A stretch of DNA of 64,000 nucleotides from Eledone cirrhosa (GCA_964016885.1 OZ024746.1:78058001-78122000), one strand, 5' to 3'; numbered from the stretch's first letter, positions 13,454-24,958 are shown. Notes: generated by a model from the sequence alone, not told the origin. A program made the numbers and translations.

Positions 13454-13801
13454 ATCATCATCATCATCATCATTTCATTTTACGTCCGCTTTTTCCCTGC
13501 TTGCAAGGGTGGGACGGGAACTGATTCTGGCTTGATTTCTACAGCTGGATGCCCTTCCTAACACCAACCTCATTTACAGTGAGTGCTGGGTGCTTTTTTG
13601 TCGTGGCACCTGCACGACCACTTTGCAGTGGAATGATAGGGACTCCAGTCCCTATCATCTCATTTCTACAGCTGAGTAAACTGGAGCAATGTGAAATAAA
13701 GTGCCTTGCTCAAGGAAACAACACATCACCTGGTCTGAGAAATGAACTCACAACCTTTCGATTGCAAGGCCAACACTCTAACCACTAAGCCATGTGCCTC
13801 C
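13454..13801 (-). mobile_element. Second copy of the same CORE-SINE, inverted (tail-to-tail)
   Basis: Reverse complement of 13002-13346 with few substitutions. Confidence 0.9.
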
Positions 13802-14788
13802 ATATATATATATATATTTACATACATATACATATATGTATGTACATAGATAGATCATCATCATTATCATCATCATTTCTGTTTAACATCAATTTTTCCA
13901 CGCTTGCATGGGTTAGATGGTTCATCTATGCCGAGAGGCAAGTCTAGCCAGGGTTGGCCATGTGTCGTACCTTGCTCTGGCTAGGACTGTAGATTATGAT
14001 GGAAAGTTTTTAGATAAATAGCACGGCCAGTGGCCTGTTCCTCCTCATAGAGTGCCATCCAGTTCCACACTGTAAATGTGACTGCGGCTTCCAAACTATG
14101 GCTCCACTGTGAAAAGGGTTGATCAATTGTGGGTTGGTGAGGATATTTAACCCCTAGTTAGGATGGATGGCTGTTGACTCTGAGGAGTTGATCTGCCATT
14201 TTTACTGCTCTTGTTTTTTTGTGTGCTACTGAGGTGCCACTTACTCTCTTCACCCACATGAGGGTCTGGTTGGGGAGCTGGTTTAGTCACCAACCACTTG
14301 ACCATGAACCAGGTTGTACTGGGTTACATGATACCAGTAGCAGGCAGACACCTAACCAGACCAAATAGATACTTAGAGACACTTTAAAATCAATAATTTA
14401 TTACCCCAGCGTGGTTTTATGGGGCTTTGTATCAATAAGATTAATTTATTCTTACTATTTGTAACAGTCATATTTTTAAACATCATTAATTTTTTTTAAC
14501 TATTCCATCATGCAAAAATTACTGCATAAAACATATTATTTCTGCATTTTGATGGAGGACATGGGTGGTGGGAATGTTGGTAGTGGTGGGGTGGAGTGGA
14601 GGTGGTGGGGGCTAAATTAATTAGTCTAGTGATCTCTCATTATTTTCACTTCATTCTCAGTACTTTTGCAGAGAGTCCAAACTAATAATAGTAATTAATA
14701 ATACTGCTGATGATGATACTACTCTACAGCTACTACTACTACTACTACTATTACTACTACTACTATTACTACTACTACTACTAATTAT

Positions 14789-14831
<43 letters not shown>

Positions 14832-15685
14832 CTGATAATAATAGTGACAATGACAGCAATTATTTTGATAATAGTAATAATGCTAAAAGTAATGATAATA
14901 ATAAAAGTAATTATAACGATGATACTACTAATGATGATGATAATGATAATTACGATAATAACAATGATAATTGTAATAATGAGTAGTAGTGGTGGTGGTG
15001 GTAGTAATAGTAGTGGTGGTGGTGGTGGTAGTGGTAGTAATTTCTTTTAATTAATGTAATGATTTTTATTGATAATTTATTCAGTGACTGTGCAAGCAAG
15101 CAGGGAGACAGATTAGTAATTAAAAAAAAAAAAAAAATCCCTCCTTTAGAAACAATTTTAGTTTCATTAGCTGTAATTAATGAATTTTGATCTGCTGAGA
15201 CTGTGGAATAATATTCTGCAGACATTGCCATATGAAGAATGTCTTGTATCTTTGGATTCTTTAATTATTTATATTGCTATTTTTATTTATTCTATTATTG
15301 TTTTACTGGTTTCAGTCATTAGGCTACGGCCATGCTGGGGCACTACCTTGATTTAGTCAATCATATCAAACTCACTACCTATTGGTAATATCAATAATCA
15401 TAAAGTGATACTGTACTTCAATGATCAACTCAGCTTGTAGATTATATTTTACCATCTAGTTCTATATTGCTATTGAAATTGAATCATTTATTGTTTTACT
15501 GGTTTCAGTCATTAGGCTACGGCCATGCTGGGGCACTACCTTGATTTAGTCAAGCATATTGAACTCACTACCTATTCTAAGTGGTACTTATGTTATCAAT
15601 CTATTTTTCTTTTTTGTTGAACAGTTAAGTTGTTGGACATAATAAACACAGACACACACACACATATATATATAAACATAGACAG

Positions 15686-15762
<77 letters not shown>

Positions 15763-15794
15763 TGGACAGACACACACATATATATATATATATA

Positions 15795-18706
15795 GCGTCT
15801 TAGCTATAAGCTATTCTGGGTAGGTAAGGATGATGGGTTAGGGGGAGTAGGCATTTTCCTGGCTGAGAAATGGATCAATAAGACAATAGAGGTAGTTCGA
15901 GTTAGTAATCGAATAATTAAGCTTAGATTAGTTGTAGGTAGGAGACTACTGACAATCATCTCGGTCTATGCTCCCCAAGCAGGCCTAGGCAAAGATGAGA
16001 AAGACTGCTTTTATGAGCAACTTTTGCAAACAACCACAATGACAGAGGACGGAGACATCGTTATGCTAGCAGGAGACTTCAATGGTCATGTTGGACAGCT
16101 CCAGGATGGTTACACTGGGGTACATGGTGGGCACGGTTACGGTTCAAGAAATGAAGAAGGAGTGAGACTTCTTGAATTTTGTGATGCAAGTACATTGACT
16201 ATTTGCAACACAAACTTCCAGAAACCTGCCAATCACCTAATAACCTACAAATCTGGTGAGCACATAAGCCAGATTGACTTCCTGCTAGTTAGGCAGCGGG
16301 ACAGGCAGATAGTGTCTAATACCAAGGCATACCCTGGGGAAGAATGTACCCCACAGCATAGGTTAGTTGTTAGTGATATCTCAGTAAGCAAGAGATGGAA
16401 TGAGACATATAGGAAGGTGTGGAGAAGAAAGGTCTGGAAGCTAAAAGACCTTTCACTAAAATTCAAATTTAGGAAAGCCCTTCAAGATGTATATGACGAA
16501 AAAGAAGACGATTTAGAGACGTATGACATAGATAATAACTGGAAGTTCTTACGTGACAACTTGCTGAAGGCTACTGATGAAACCTGTGGCTGGAGCAGAG
16601 CTCCAACCAGACAGAGAGTGACCTGGTGGTGGAACAGCAGTGTAGATAAGGCTATTAGAGACAAAAGACTAGCATGGAAGGCTTGGAATAAGGGTGGGAG
16701 TAGGGAAGAATATACAGCCACTAAGAGAGAAGCTAGACGTCAGGTGTACTTAGCACGCAGGGAGGCAGAGAGTAGGAGGTTTGCCAATGTTCTGCGACGG
16801 GAAGATCAGAGGCGTGCGGTGTTCCACATTGCAAGGCAGTGTGTCAATGCAAATCAGGATGTTGTTGGTGATAAATGTGTCCGGGATGATGCCGGTGTAC
16901 TTAGTGTCACGAATGACCAGAAAAAGGAGGCCTGGAAATGTCATTATGAGAGACTGATGAATGTGGAGAACGAATGGGAGAGAGAGAAATTACCCTTGGT
17001 AGATCCGACAGAGGGACCAGCTATTGAGATTGACGAATATAGGGTCCAAGAGGCGATTAGGGAAATGAAAAATGGTAAGGCGGCCGGACCATCGGGAATA
17101 GTTGCTGAGATGCTGAAGGCATCAGGGGACGTAGGCACTAAACTGGTTGCACGCATAATCAATCAGGCTATATATGGTGGTGTCATACCCAAAGACTGGT
17201 GCAGCAGTATTCTCATAAATTGCTACAAAGGTAAAGGGGATGCTTTGGAGAGGAGCAATTATAGGGGTATAAAACTGATAGATCAGGTTATGAAAGTGGC
17301 AGAAAGGATTCTAGCACAACTAATTAGAGAAAGGGTCAAACTAGATGAGATGCAGTTTGGTTTTGTGCCTGGGAAGAGTACAACAGATGCCCTCTTCTTG
17401 GTGAGACAAATGCAAGAGAGGTTCTTAGAGAAGAATAAGCCACTATACTTAGCCTTTGTTGACCTAGAGAAGGCCTTTGATAGGGTACCCCGATCTGTCA
17501 TCTGGTGGTCCCTAAGGAAGCTGGGTGTTGAGGAATGGCTTGTAAGGACAGTGCAAACTTTGTACAGAGGTACTCTCAGTAAAGTCAGGGTAGGAATGGA
17601 GTTTAGTGAGGAATTCCAGATACAAGTAGGAGTACATCAGGGTTCGGTCCTCAGCCCGCTCTTGTTCATTATAGTCCTCCAAGCCATAACAGAGGAGTTT
17701 AAGACTGGCTGTCCATGGGAACTTCTCTATGCTGACGATCTGGCTCTTATGGCAGAATCAGTAGAGGAGCTAGAGAATAAATTCCGGCTATGGAAACAGC
17801 AGTTGGAAGCAAGAGGACTGAGAGTAAATCTAGCTAAGACAAAAGTGTTGATGAGTAGAAAAGAGGACAAAACCCTGATTCCGTCAGGGAAATGGCCATG
17901 TTCGATATGCAGAAAAGGAACTGGCATAAATTCTATAAAATGCACACAATGTAGGTCCTGGGTACACAAGAGATGTAGCGGGATAGCAGGCAAACTAACA
18001 GGTAGGGAGAAATATGTATGCAGTAGATGTACAGGGAAATTAGACAGTAGAAGTCGCACTGATAGACACATTTTTCAAATGCGAGAGGGCGCTATAGAAG
18101 TGGTGGATAGCTTCCGGTACCTAGGAGATCAGATTAGCATGGGAGGAGGGTGTTCCGAGGCCATAGTATCTAGAATAAGGACGGGTTGGAAGAAGTTTAG
18201 GGAGCTGCTTCCTCTGTTGACGAAGAAGGGTTTCTCCCTGCGTACGAAAGGCCGGTTGTATGATGCCTGTGTGAGGAGCGCGATGCTGCATGGTAGTGAG
18301 ACATGGGCAGCTACCGCAGAAGATATGCGACGGCTGGAGAGAAATGAGGCAAGCATGCTCCGTTGGATGTGCAGTGTAAATGTGCGTGAACGACCCAGCA
18401 TAAATGTGTTGAGAGAGAAACTGTGTCTGAGAGGGATAGAATGTAGTGTACGGGAGAGGAGACTGAGGTGGTATGGACATGTGATGCGCATGGAGGATGA
18501 CCGATGGGTGAAGAAGTGCCAGGAAATGCCAGTTGAAGGAAGACGTGGTAGAGGTAGACCACGAAAAACATGGGCGGAGGTGGTGAGAACAGACCTCAGA
18601 TCATTGAAGCTCACGGTGGAGATGACGAGGGACCGTGACGAGTGGAGAGATGCTGTGCTGAATAAGACCCGTCCCACCCTTGCAAGCAGGGAAAAGCGGA
18701 CGTAAA

Positions 18707-18738
<32 letters not shown>
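15795..18738 (+). mobile_element. 5'-truncated RTE-clade LINE (family A)
   Basis: APE-RT ORF open to the tail; (GAT)n tail; flanked by a probable TSD atggacaga(ca)n(ta)n at 15762-15794 and from 18737. Confidence 0.95.
15796..18705 (+). CDS. RTE ORF: partial APE endonuclease, reverse transcriptase, PHD-like finger; no native start (5' truncated)
   Basis: Frame is open upstream of the listed 16024 start (YKLFWVGKDDGLGGVGI...SVYAPQ); motifs GDFNGH, QIDF, QHRLV, NYRGIKL, HQGSVLSPLLF, YADD, FRYLG; stop codon abuts the tail. Confidence 0.9.
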   Translation, partial: RLSYKLFWVGKDDGLGGVGIFLAEKWINKTIEVVRVSNRIIKLRLVVGRRLLTIISVYAPQAGLGKDEKDCFYEQLLQTTTMTEDGDIVMLAGDFNGHVGQLQDGYTGVHGGHGYGSRNEEGVRLLEFCDASTLTICNTNFQKPANHLITYKSGEHISQIDFLLVRQRDRQIVSNTKAYPGEECTPQHRLVVSDISVSKRWNETYRKVWRRKVWKLKDLSLKFKFRKALQDVYDEKEDDLETYDIDNNWKFLRDNLLKATDETCGWSRAPTRQRVTWWWNSSVDKAIRDKRLAWKAWNKGGSREEYTATKREARRQVYLARREAESRRFANVLRREDQRRAVFHIARQCVNANQDVVGDKCVRDDAGVLSVTNDQKKEAWKCHYERLMNVENEWEREKLPLVDPTEGPAIEIDEYRVQEAIREMKNGKAAGPSGIVAEMLKASGDVGTKLVARIINQAIYGGVIPKDWCSSILINCYKGKGDALERSNYRGIKLIDQVMKVAERILAQLIRERVKLDEMQFGFVPGKSTTDALFLVRQMQERFLEKNKPLYLAFVDLEKAFDRVPRSVIWWSLRKLGVEEWLVRTVQTLYRGTLSKVRVGMEFSEEFQIQVGVHQGSVLSPLLFIIVLQAITEEFKTGCPWELLYADDLALMAESVEELENKFRLWKQQLEARGLRVNLAKTKVLMSRKEDKTLIPSGKWPCSICRKGTGINSIKCTQCRSWVHKRCSGIAGKLTGREKYVCSRCTGKLDSRSRTDRHIFQMREGAIEVVDSFRYLGDQISMGGGCSEAIVSRIRTGWKKFRELLPLLTKKGFSLRTKGRLYDACVRSAMLHGSETWAATAEDMRRLERNEASMLRWMCSVNVRERPSINVLREKLCLRGIECSVRERRLRWYGHVMRMEDDRWVKKCQEMPVEGRRGRGRPRKTWAEVVRTDLRSLKLTVEMTRDRDEWRDAVLNKTRPTLASREKRT

Positions 18739-18741
<3 letters not shown>

Positions 18742-18818
18742 CAGACACACATATATATATATATATATATAGACATGGACAGACACACACATATATATAT
18801 ATATATATACATGGACAG

Positions 18819-18877
<59 letters not shown>

Positions 18878-19086
18878 TGGACAGATACACACATATATAT
18901 ATATATATATATAGACATGGACAGACACACACATATATATATATATAGACATGGACAGACACACACATATATATATATATATATAGACATGGACAGACAC
19001 ACACATATATATATATATATATAGACATGGACAGACACACACATATATATATATATATATAGACATGGACAGATACACACATATAG
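18739..19086. repeat. Minisatellite gacatggacaga(ca)n(ta)n, about 9 units
   Basis: Repeated unit visible directly; the same unit precedes the RTE at 15759-15794. Confidence 0.9.
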
Positions 19087-19380
19087 ACTTATAGATTGGT
19101 AACTTCATTTATTGATAACCTCAGAAGGATGAAAGACAAAGGTGTCCTGAGTGAGATTTGAACTCAGATGTTTTGTTAAACTGTTAAGTTATGGGACATG
19201 TACACAAACACACAGACAGACATATATATATATAGAGAGGGAGTGTGTGTGTATGTGTGAGAGAGAGAGAGAGAGAGTGTGTGTGTGTGTGTGACAGCGA
19301 GAGAGACAGCTGGGCCTTGGATGATTAACATCAAAACCCACTCGAGACACATCACACATTCGACAAATGATTACACAATA

Positions 19381-19439
19381 GCTGTCTGATGAAATCGTAT
19401 CTATTACATAATAGATACCACTGAAAAGTATATAACAGT
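19381..19439 (+). ncRNA. Degenerate hammerhead ribozyme motif
   Basis: GCUGU CUGAUGA [guaucuauu acau aauagauac] GAAA aguaua UA ACAGU; stems I and II pair, stem III is imperfect. Confidence 0.5.
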
Positions 19440-19586
19440 AACAAAGTAATCAATGTTATATATAGACATATAGATTACTACTTTATTTATTGATGATCTC
19501 AGAGTGCAGAAGGCTAGAACAAATACTGCAAAACATTCTATTCAACATTGTAACAACTCCACCAATTCACCACCAAATAGGTACTT

Positions 19587-20105
19587 CGTCATCATCATCA
19601 TCATCATCATCATCATCACCGTTTTACGTCTGTTCTTCCATGCTAGCATGGGTTAGACGGGTTGTCCTGTTGTGGGCAGTGTCTGGTCGGCTGACCATGC
19701 CTTGCTCATACAGGAACTGATTTGGCTTGATTTCTACAGCTGGATGCCCTTCCTAACACCAACCTCATTTACAGTGAGTGATGGGTGCTTTTTTTCGTGG
19801 CGCCTACATGTCCACTTTACAGTGTGGGCTGGGTGCTTTTTTTCGTGGCGCCTACATGTCCACTTTACAGTGAGTGCTGGGTGCTTTTTTTCGTGGCGCC
19901 TACACGTCCACTTTACAGTGTGGGCTGGGTGCTTTTTTTTGTTGCGCCTACATGTCCACTTTACAGTGTGGGCTGGGTGCTTTTTTGCCGTGGCACCTCC
20001 ACGACCACCTTGCAGTGGGAGGGTATGGGGGCATATTGTCTATATGCTTCAGCTTGTACCCATGGGAGGTCGGGTACCCTGTATTACTGCGTGACGCCAG
20101 AGGTC
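19587..20105 (-). mobile_element. RTE family B 3' fragment with expanded ~48-bp UTR repeats
   Basis: Near-identical to 49081-49440 but with about five copies of the cactttacagtgtgggctgggtgcttt unit. Confidence 0.9.
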
Positions 20106-20112
20106 AATATCA

Positions 20113-20303
20113 ATAATTCTTTCTACTTTTGGCACAAGGCCAGCAATTACCCAGTACATTACCGGTAATTTATTTTATCAACCCCATAAGGATGAAAGGC
20201 AAAGTTAACCTCGGCGGGATTTGAACTCAGAATGGCAAGGGCCGTAACTCTATACGTCAAAGCATGGTGTCCGACCCTCTACCGATACTGCCAATCCACC
20301 ACC
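20113..20303 (-). mobile_element. (ATT)n-family SINE
   Basis: Reverse complement of 4970-5160. Confidence 0.8.
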
Positions 20304-20901
20304 CTTGGTAATATCAACAATCATAACAAAGTGGCTCTGTACTCTACTGATGAACATTATATTTTATCATCTAGTTCTGTATTACTATTTTTATTTAATC
20401 ATTCACTGTTTTACTAATTTCAGTCATTAGACTGCGGCCATTCTGGGGCATTAACTGCTGAATTTCGCATAGATACAATCCCACATTCTACTGAGAGTAC
20501 TGGCACATCTTTTTGTGACTCCAGCACTAGGGAGGTTGTCATGCCCTTGACTCAACCTAAACATCCTCTCAAACCTTGTTGGGTATATTTCCCAGACAAA
20601 TGTAAACAACAATAAATGCTGGCTGTGATTGTTATTAAATCAATGTATATTATTTTATGCTATATATTTATCTTTTCTATATATTATATTTTGTAGGTAA
20701 GTGTAAATACTTCTAAAGCTGTTTTACTGTTTGGGAGTTTTCTATGTTTGAGGTAAGATACTGATTCTTTTGTTTGTTTTCCTTTATAAACTGTCTACAG
20801 CAAACAAACTCTTGTTTTTGTTCACATTCATTCATTCATTTATTCAGTCGTGCATGCATGCCTATGTACATACATACATACATATATATACCTGTGTGTG
20901 C

Positions 20902-20951
<50 letters not shown>

Positions 20952-21259
20952 GATATTAAATAAATGGAAACTATATTTATAAAACCATATTTATTTCATT
21001 ATATATATTTCAGGGATATCATATTAAAAATATGTTATGCCTTCTTCAGACAAAATACAATATAAACAGTCTTATAAATAGATAGATTTGACATATCTTT
21101 CAACTTCAACTTCCATTTAAAAAGTTGATTTGGTAGTGAAAAATATTAGGGACAGTTATAAAAAGAAAGAAAGAAAAAACGAAGAAAATATCGGTTATAA
21201 ATATTTACTCGTTGTAACCCAACAATTTAAATAAAACTTTGCATATATATATATATATG

Positions 21260-21458
21260 TATTTAATATAGAAAAGGCTCTTACAGGACTAGAACTGTTT
21301 CATTCGGGAGAAATCACCAGGAAGCTTCCTGATGATTTCTCCAGAATGAAACAGTTCTAGTCCTGTAGAAGCCTTTTCTATATTAAATATTTATACTCTG
21401 CTATGTATTGAGTACTTTACTTACTGTGGATATCCCTCATTGAACCCTGGATAAACTT
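21260..21458 (+). mobile_element. Palindromic hammerhead-bearing element (Penelope-like pLTR fragment)
   Basis: ~130-bp palindrome 21260-21389 centred on gaagcttc, then a unique tail (actctgctatgtattgagtact); TA-rich flanks. Confidence 0.7.
21324..21372 (+). ncRNA. Type-I hammerhead ribozyme
   Basis: GCUUC CUGAUGA uuucuccagaau GAAA CAG uucuaguc CUG UA GAAGC: stem I GCUUC/GAAGC, stem III ACAG/CUGU, GUA cleavage site; mirror copy on the minus strand has a CUGGUGA core. Confidence 0.8.
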
Positions 21459-21463
21459 ATATA

Positions 21464-21836
21464 TCTATATTATAAAGCTGACGGCCGTATGTATGTAACA
21501 AACTTTTCCCCAAACGGCTGGACCAAAAAGCACCAAATTTGCACCATAGATGTAACTTTTTCCAAGTAAGAAAGTGAGGGTATTTTTGTCTTCTAAATTT
21601 AGTTAAAAGATTAAAGATATTTTATTGTTTATTTAAATATTCACTTCTTTAAAATTTTCAAATGTCAACACTTCCGGTTAGTGATCTCTCACTTTCTTAG
21701 TCTGTCTTTTTAGATAGATACATAGCTATAACGTCGCGCCCTTATAATATATGTCTGTATGTCTAGCTGTCTGCATTACGAAAACCATTCCGTACATTGA
21801 CTTCGCTGCCGTGCGCCAGCCCGACGGGCCAGCTAG
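21464..21836 (+). mobile_element. Non-autonomous Helitron
   Basis: 5' TCtatattataaag, subterminal GC-rich hairpin (gccgtgcgccagcccgacgggc), 3' CTAG; inserted between A and T with no TSD. Confidence 0.75.
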
Positions 21837-21891
21837 TATATATATAGATATATGAAGGAATTTGTAGTTTACTTGAATCATTGTATATGGC

Positions 21892-22190
21892 ATAAAGAAT
21901 TCAAAGTTTGAAAGCCATGACAATGAGTATTGGACTGAAAATAACCAAGTCGTAAGAAACTAGGGGTCTATTTTTACCTTAATTTATTCATATGTCCTTC
22001 AGCATGGTATAGCAAGCCAAATCGGACATTGGAATATTTCCTTTATTTTCCTCGGAAGAAGAGATAAAATATCTTCAAATATCAGGACACATGAATAAAT
22101 TACGGTAAAAAAACGCCGCCTGTTTCTTACGACTTGATCATTTTCCGTCCAATCTGCATTGTCGTGGCTTCCAAACTTCGAATTCTTTAT
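21892..22190. mobile_element. MITE / fold-back element with ~105-bp imperfect terminal inverted repeats
   Basis: ataaagaattcaaagtttgaaagccatgacaatg...ttcatatgtcct pairs with aggacacatgaa...cattgtcgtggcttccaaacttcgaattctttat. Confidence 0.75.
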
Positions 22191-23019
22191 ATATGTATAT
22201 ATATATCTGTGTGTGTTGATTGCTACTTCTCGTCAGAAGAGTACCATCCCTTCATTGAACATTGCTTGATCATGTGACACTTGAACTGTATTTCTCCTGA
22301 TAAAACCGGCTGGGGATGTGTTTTCATGATGATGATGATGATGATGATGATATATATGTGTTTGTTTGTGTGTGTGTGCGTACATATATATGTATATATA
22401 CCCATACACACACACACACACACACACATATATACACACACACACATTTGGTGTTTACAAACACAGTTAAAAGTATATTATGTAATCATGTTACATCCAT
22501 TTGGACTATATAATTTATATTATACTATATATATATTCCCTGCTTTCCTCTTCTCTTTATTTATTTCTCTCTCTCTTTCTCAATCTCCCCCCCCCCCCCC
22601 CTTCTATATGTCTATCTCTCTATAACTATTTATCTCAGTCAATTTTTTGTGTAGATTTATTTCTGTTATTAGTTTCAAGATTTCATTGAAAACCAAATTG
22701 TGTAACAAGAACTTTCGTCACTTAGTCTTGTGACTCTTCTAGGACTTCATCATTTGGTGTCCTTATTTTATAGTTTTTATTTCAATGTTTGTAAGGTTTT
22801 TTTGTATTTTCTTTTATATTTTATCTCTTCATCACATTTTTTACGATATATTCATGCTCAAAAGTAGAGAATCGACAAATTGAATTCTCGTATCCCCCCC
22901 CCCCCCCCTAGTTTTTTATTCTTTACTCTCTTACTGGTTTCAGTCATCAGACTGTGGCCATGCTGTAACACTGCCTTGATTCAGACAAGCATATGGACCC
23001 CACTACTTATTTTTTTCAA

Positions 23020-23238
23020 CCCTTTAGCATTTACATTACTCTATATATATTATTATATTTTCATAGTGAAGACTTTACCTCATGATTATCTCACATAATA
23101 TCAAATCTATGAGATTTTGAGGTTATTTATTTTGAGAAAAATACCTTAACGTTTCTATGAGTGGTCAGTTACGGCCAGTTTGAACAGAAAGAGGTGAGAG
23201 AATTCTGGCTGGATCTGGCCGGTTTAAATGCTAAAGGG
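23020..23238. mobile_element. piggyBac-type MITE
   Basis: TIR ccctttagcattta / taaatgctaaaggg flanked by tcaa and ttaa; nested in a dispersed repeat; homologous to 33389-33573 and 61300-61462. Confidence 0.75.
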
Positions 23239-23549
23239 TTAAAGTCTTATCTAAAGTACTTATTTTAATGATCTATTTTTTGCTGAATTGTTAAGTTGTG
23301 GGACATAAACACAGATAGAAGTATAAACATAAGCAGAGCTATGGACACACACATACATAGAGGCTCATTGATTGGTACTTTATTCACTAATGACCTCAGA
23401 AGGATGAAAAGCAAAGCTGACCTTGGTTTGATTTGAGCTAAAAAGCCGGAACAAATGCCAAGAAGAATTCTAACCATCATTCTAACAACTCTGCTGATTT
23501 ACCACCGTAAAGGCACCTGGCTAGGTAACAAATTGGCAATGTCATTAGA

Positions 23550-24200
23550 AACTCAGATAGAATTCTTTGCAGTAGTCATTCCAATCTGTGAGCCCTGAAC
23601 AAGACACTTTATTTCATGTTGCTCAAGTTTGCTCAGCTGCAGAAAGGAGTTGTAACATCTTTGGTGCCAAGCTGTATTGGGTTTTGCCTTTCCCTTCGAC
23701 AATGTCGGTGCTGTGAAGTGGGGAGACTGGCATGCATGGGTGACTGCTAGTCTTCCACAAAAACACTCCACCCCAGACTTGTGCCTTGGCGAGGAATTTT
23801 CTATGTGTAAAACCCATGGTCATTTTATGATGAAAGGGGGAGGAGGCTTTATCTATAGGTATCGTCTTAGAAATATAGTAAGTAAAGACCCCCTTCGGTC
23901 ACAAATGACCATGGGATTTGCACCTAGAAAGTTCCCCTCCAAAGCACAAGTCCAAGCAAGGTTGTTTGTGGAAGACCAGCAGTTGCCCATGCATACCAGT
24001 CTGATGTTGTCCTAGGGAAAGGCAGTGGCCGATACAGCTTGACACCAGTGATGTCACGACTCATTTCTACAGCGTAGTGAACTGGAGCAATGTGAAATAA
24101 AGTGCCTTGTTCTTGAACACAACTCAAAGCCCGGTCCTAGAATTGAACTCACAACCTCAGGATTTTAAGCCTGGTGCTCTAACCACTAAGCCATGTGTCT
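23550..24200 (-). mobile_element. Two tandem long CORE-SINE copies (non-RTE tail variant)
   Basis: CORE-like block plus ...ggtcttccacaaac...cccatggtcatt... tail, homologous to 37415-37750; the first copy (23550-23830) reads on + and the second (23885-24200) on -. Confidence 0.65.
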
Positions 24201-24554
24201 TAACAAAAATATAATAAATATAGGTTAAAATGCATGGATTCATTCACACACACATACGCGCTTATAAAGAACTAAATAAACATACACCTAAGCATACTCT
24301 CCTGACCCCATCTCTCACCTTTCTCCCCCTTCTTTACTTCTGTCTCTCTTTCTCTTCCCTTTCTCACATACATACCTTTCAACAGTCTAAGGATAATAGC
24401 TAGGTTTGTTTGTATGATAGCAAACAAGAAGCTTGGTTGATTGGTTGGAATAAAATATTTTCTCAAAGACATGGTGTTTCATACTTAATACATATATATA
24501 TATATACATATATATATATACATATATATATATATACACATACATACATACAGA

Positions 24555-24593
<39 letters not shown>

Positions 24594-24616
24594 ATATGTG
24601 TGTGTCTGTATGTATG

Positions 24617-24654
<38 letters not shown>

Positions 24655-24674
24655 CATATATATATACATATATC

Positions 24675-24724
<50 letters not shown>

Positions 24725-24927
24725 CTTCACTCTTTTATTTGTTTATCTTCAAATTGCCGTCTTTCTTGAATGCTAATTAATTCCGATATGGATTCCGAGT
24801 GACATCTTGACTTTATAAAACATGTTGAATTAAGTAAAGTAGAAATTGAAGACTTTGAAAATATTTAAACATTGAGAGACAGAGAAGAGATTGAGAGGGA
24901 GACACACACACACATGTACACAAACAC

Positions 24928-24958
<31 letters not shown>

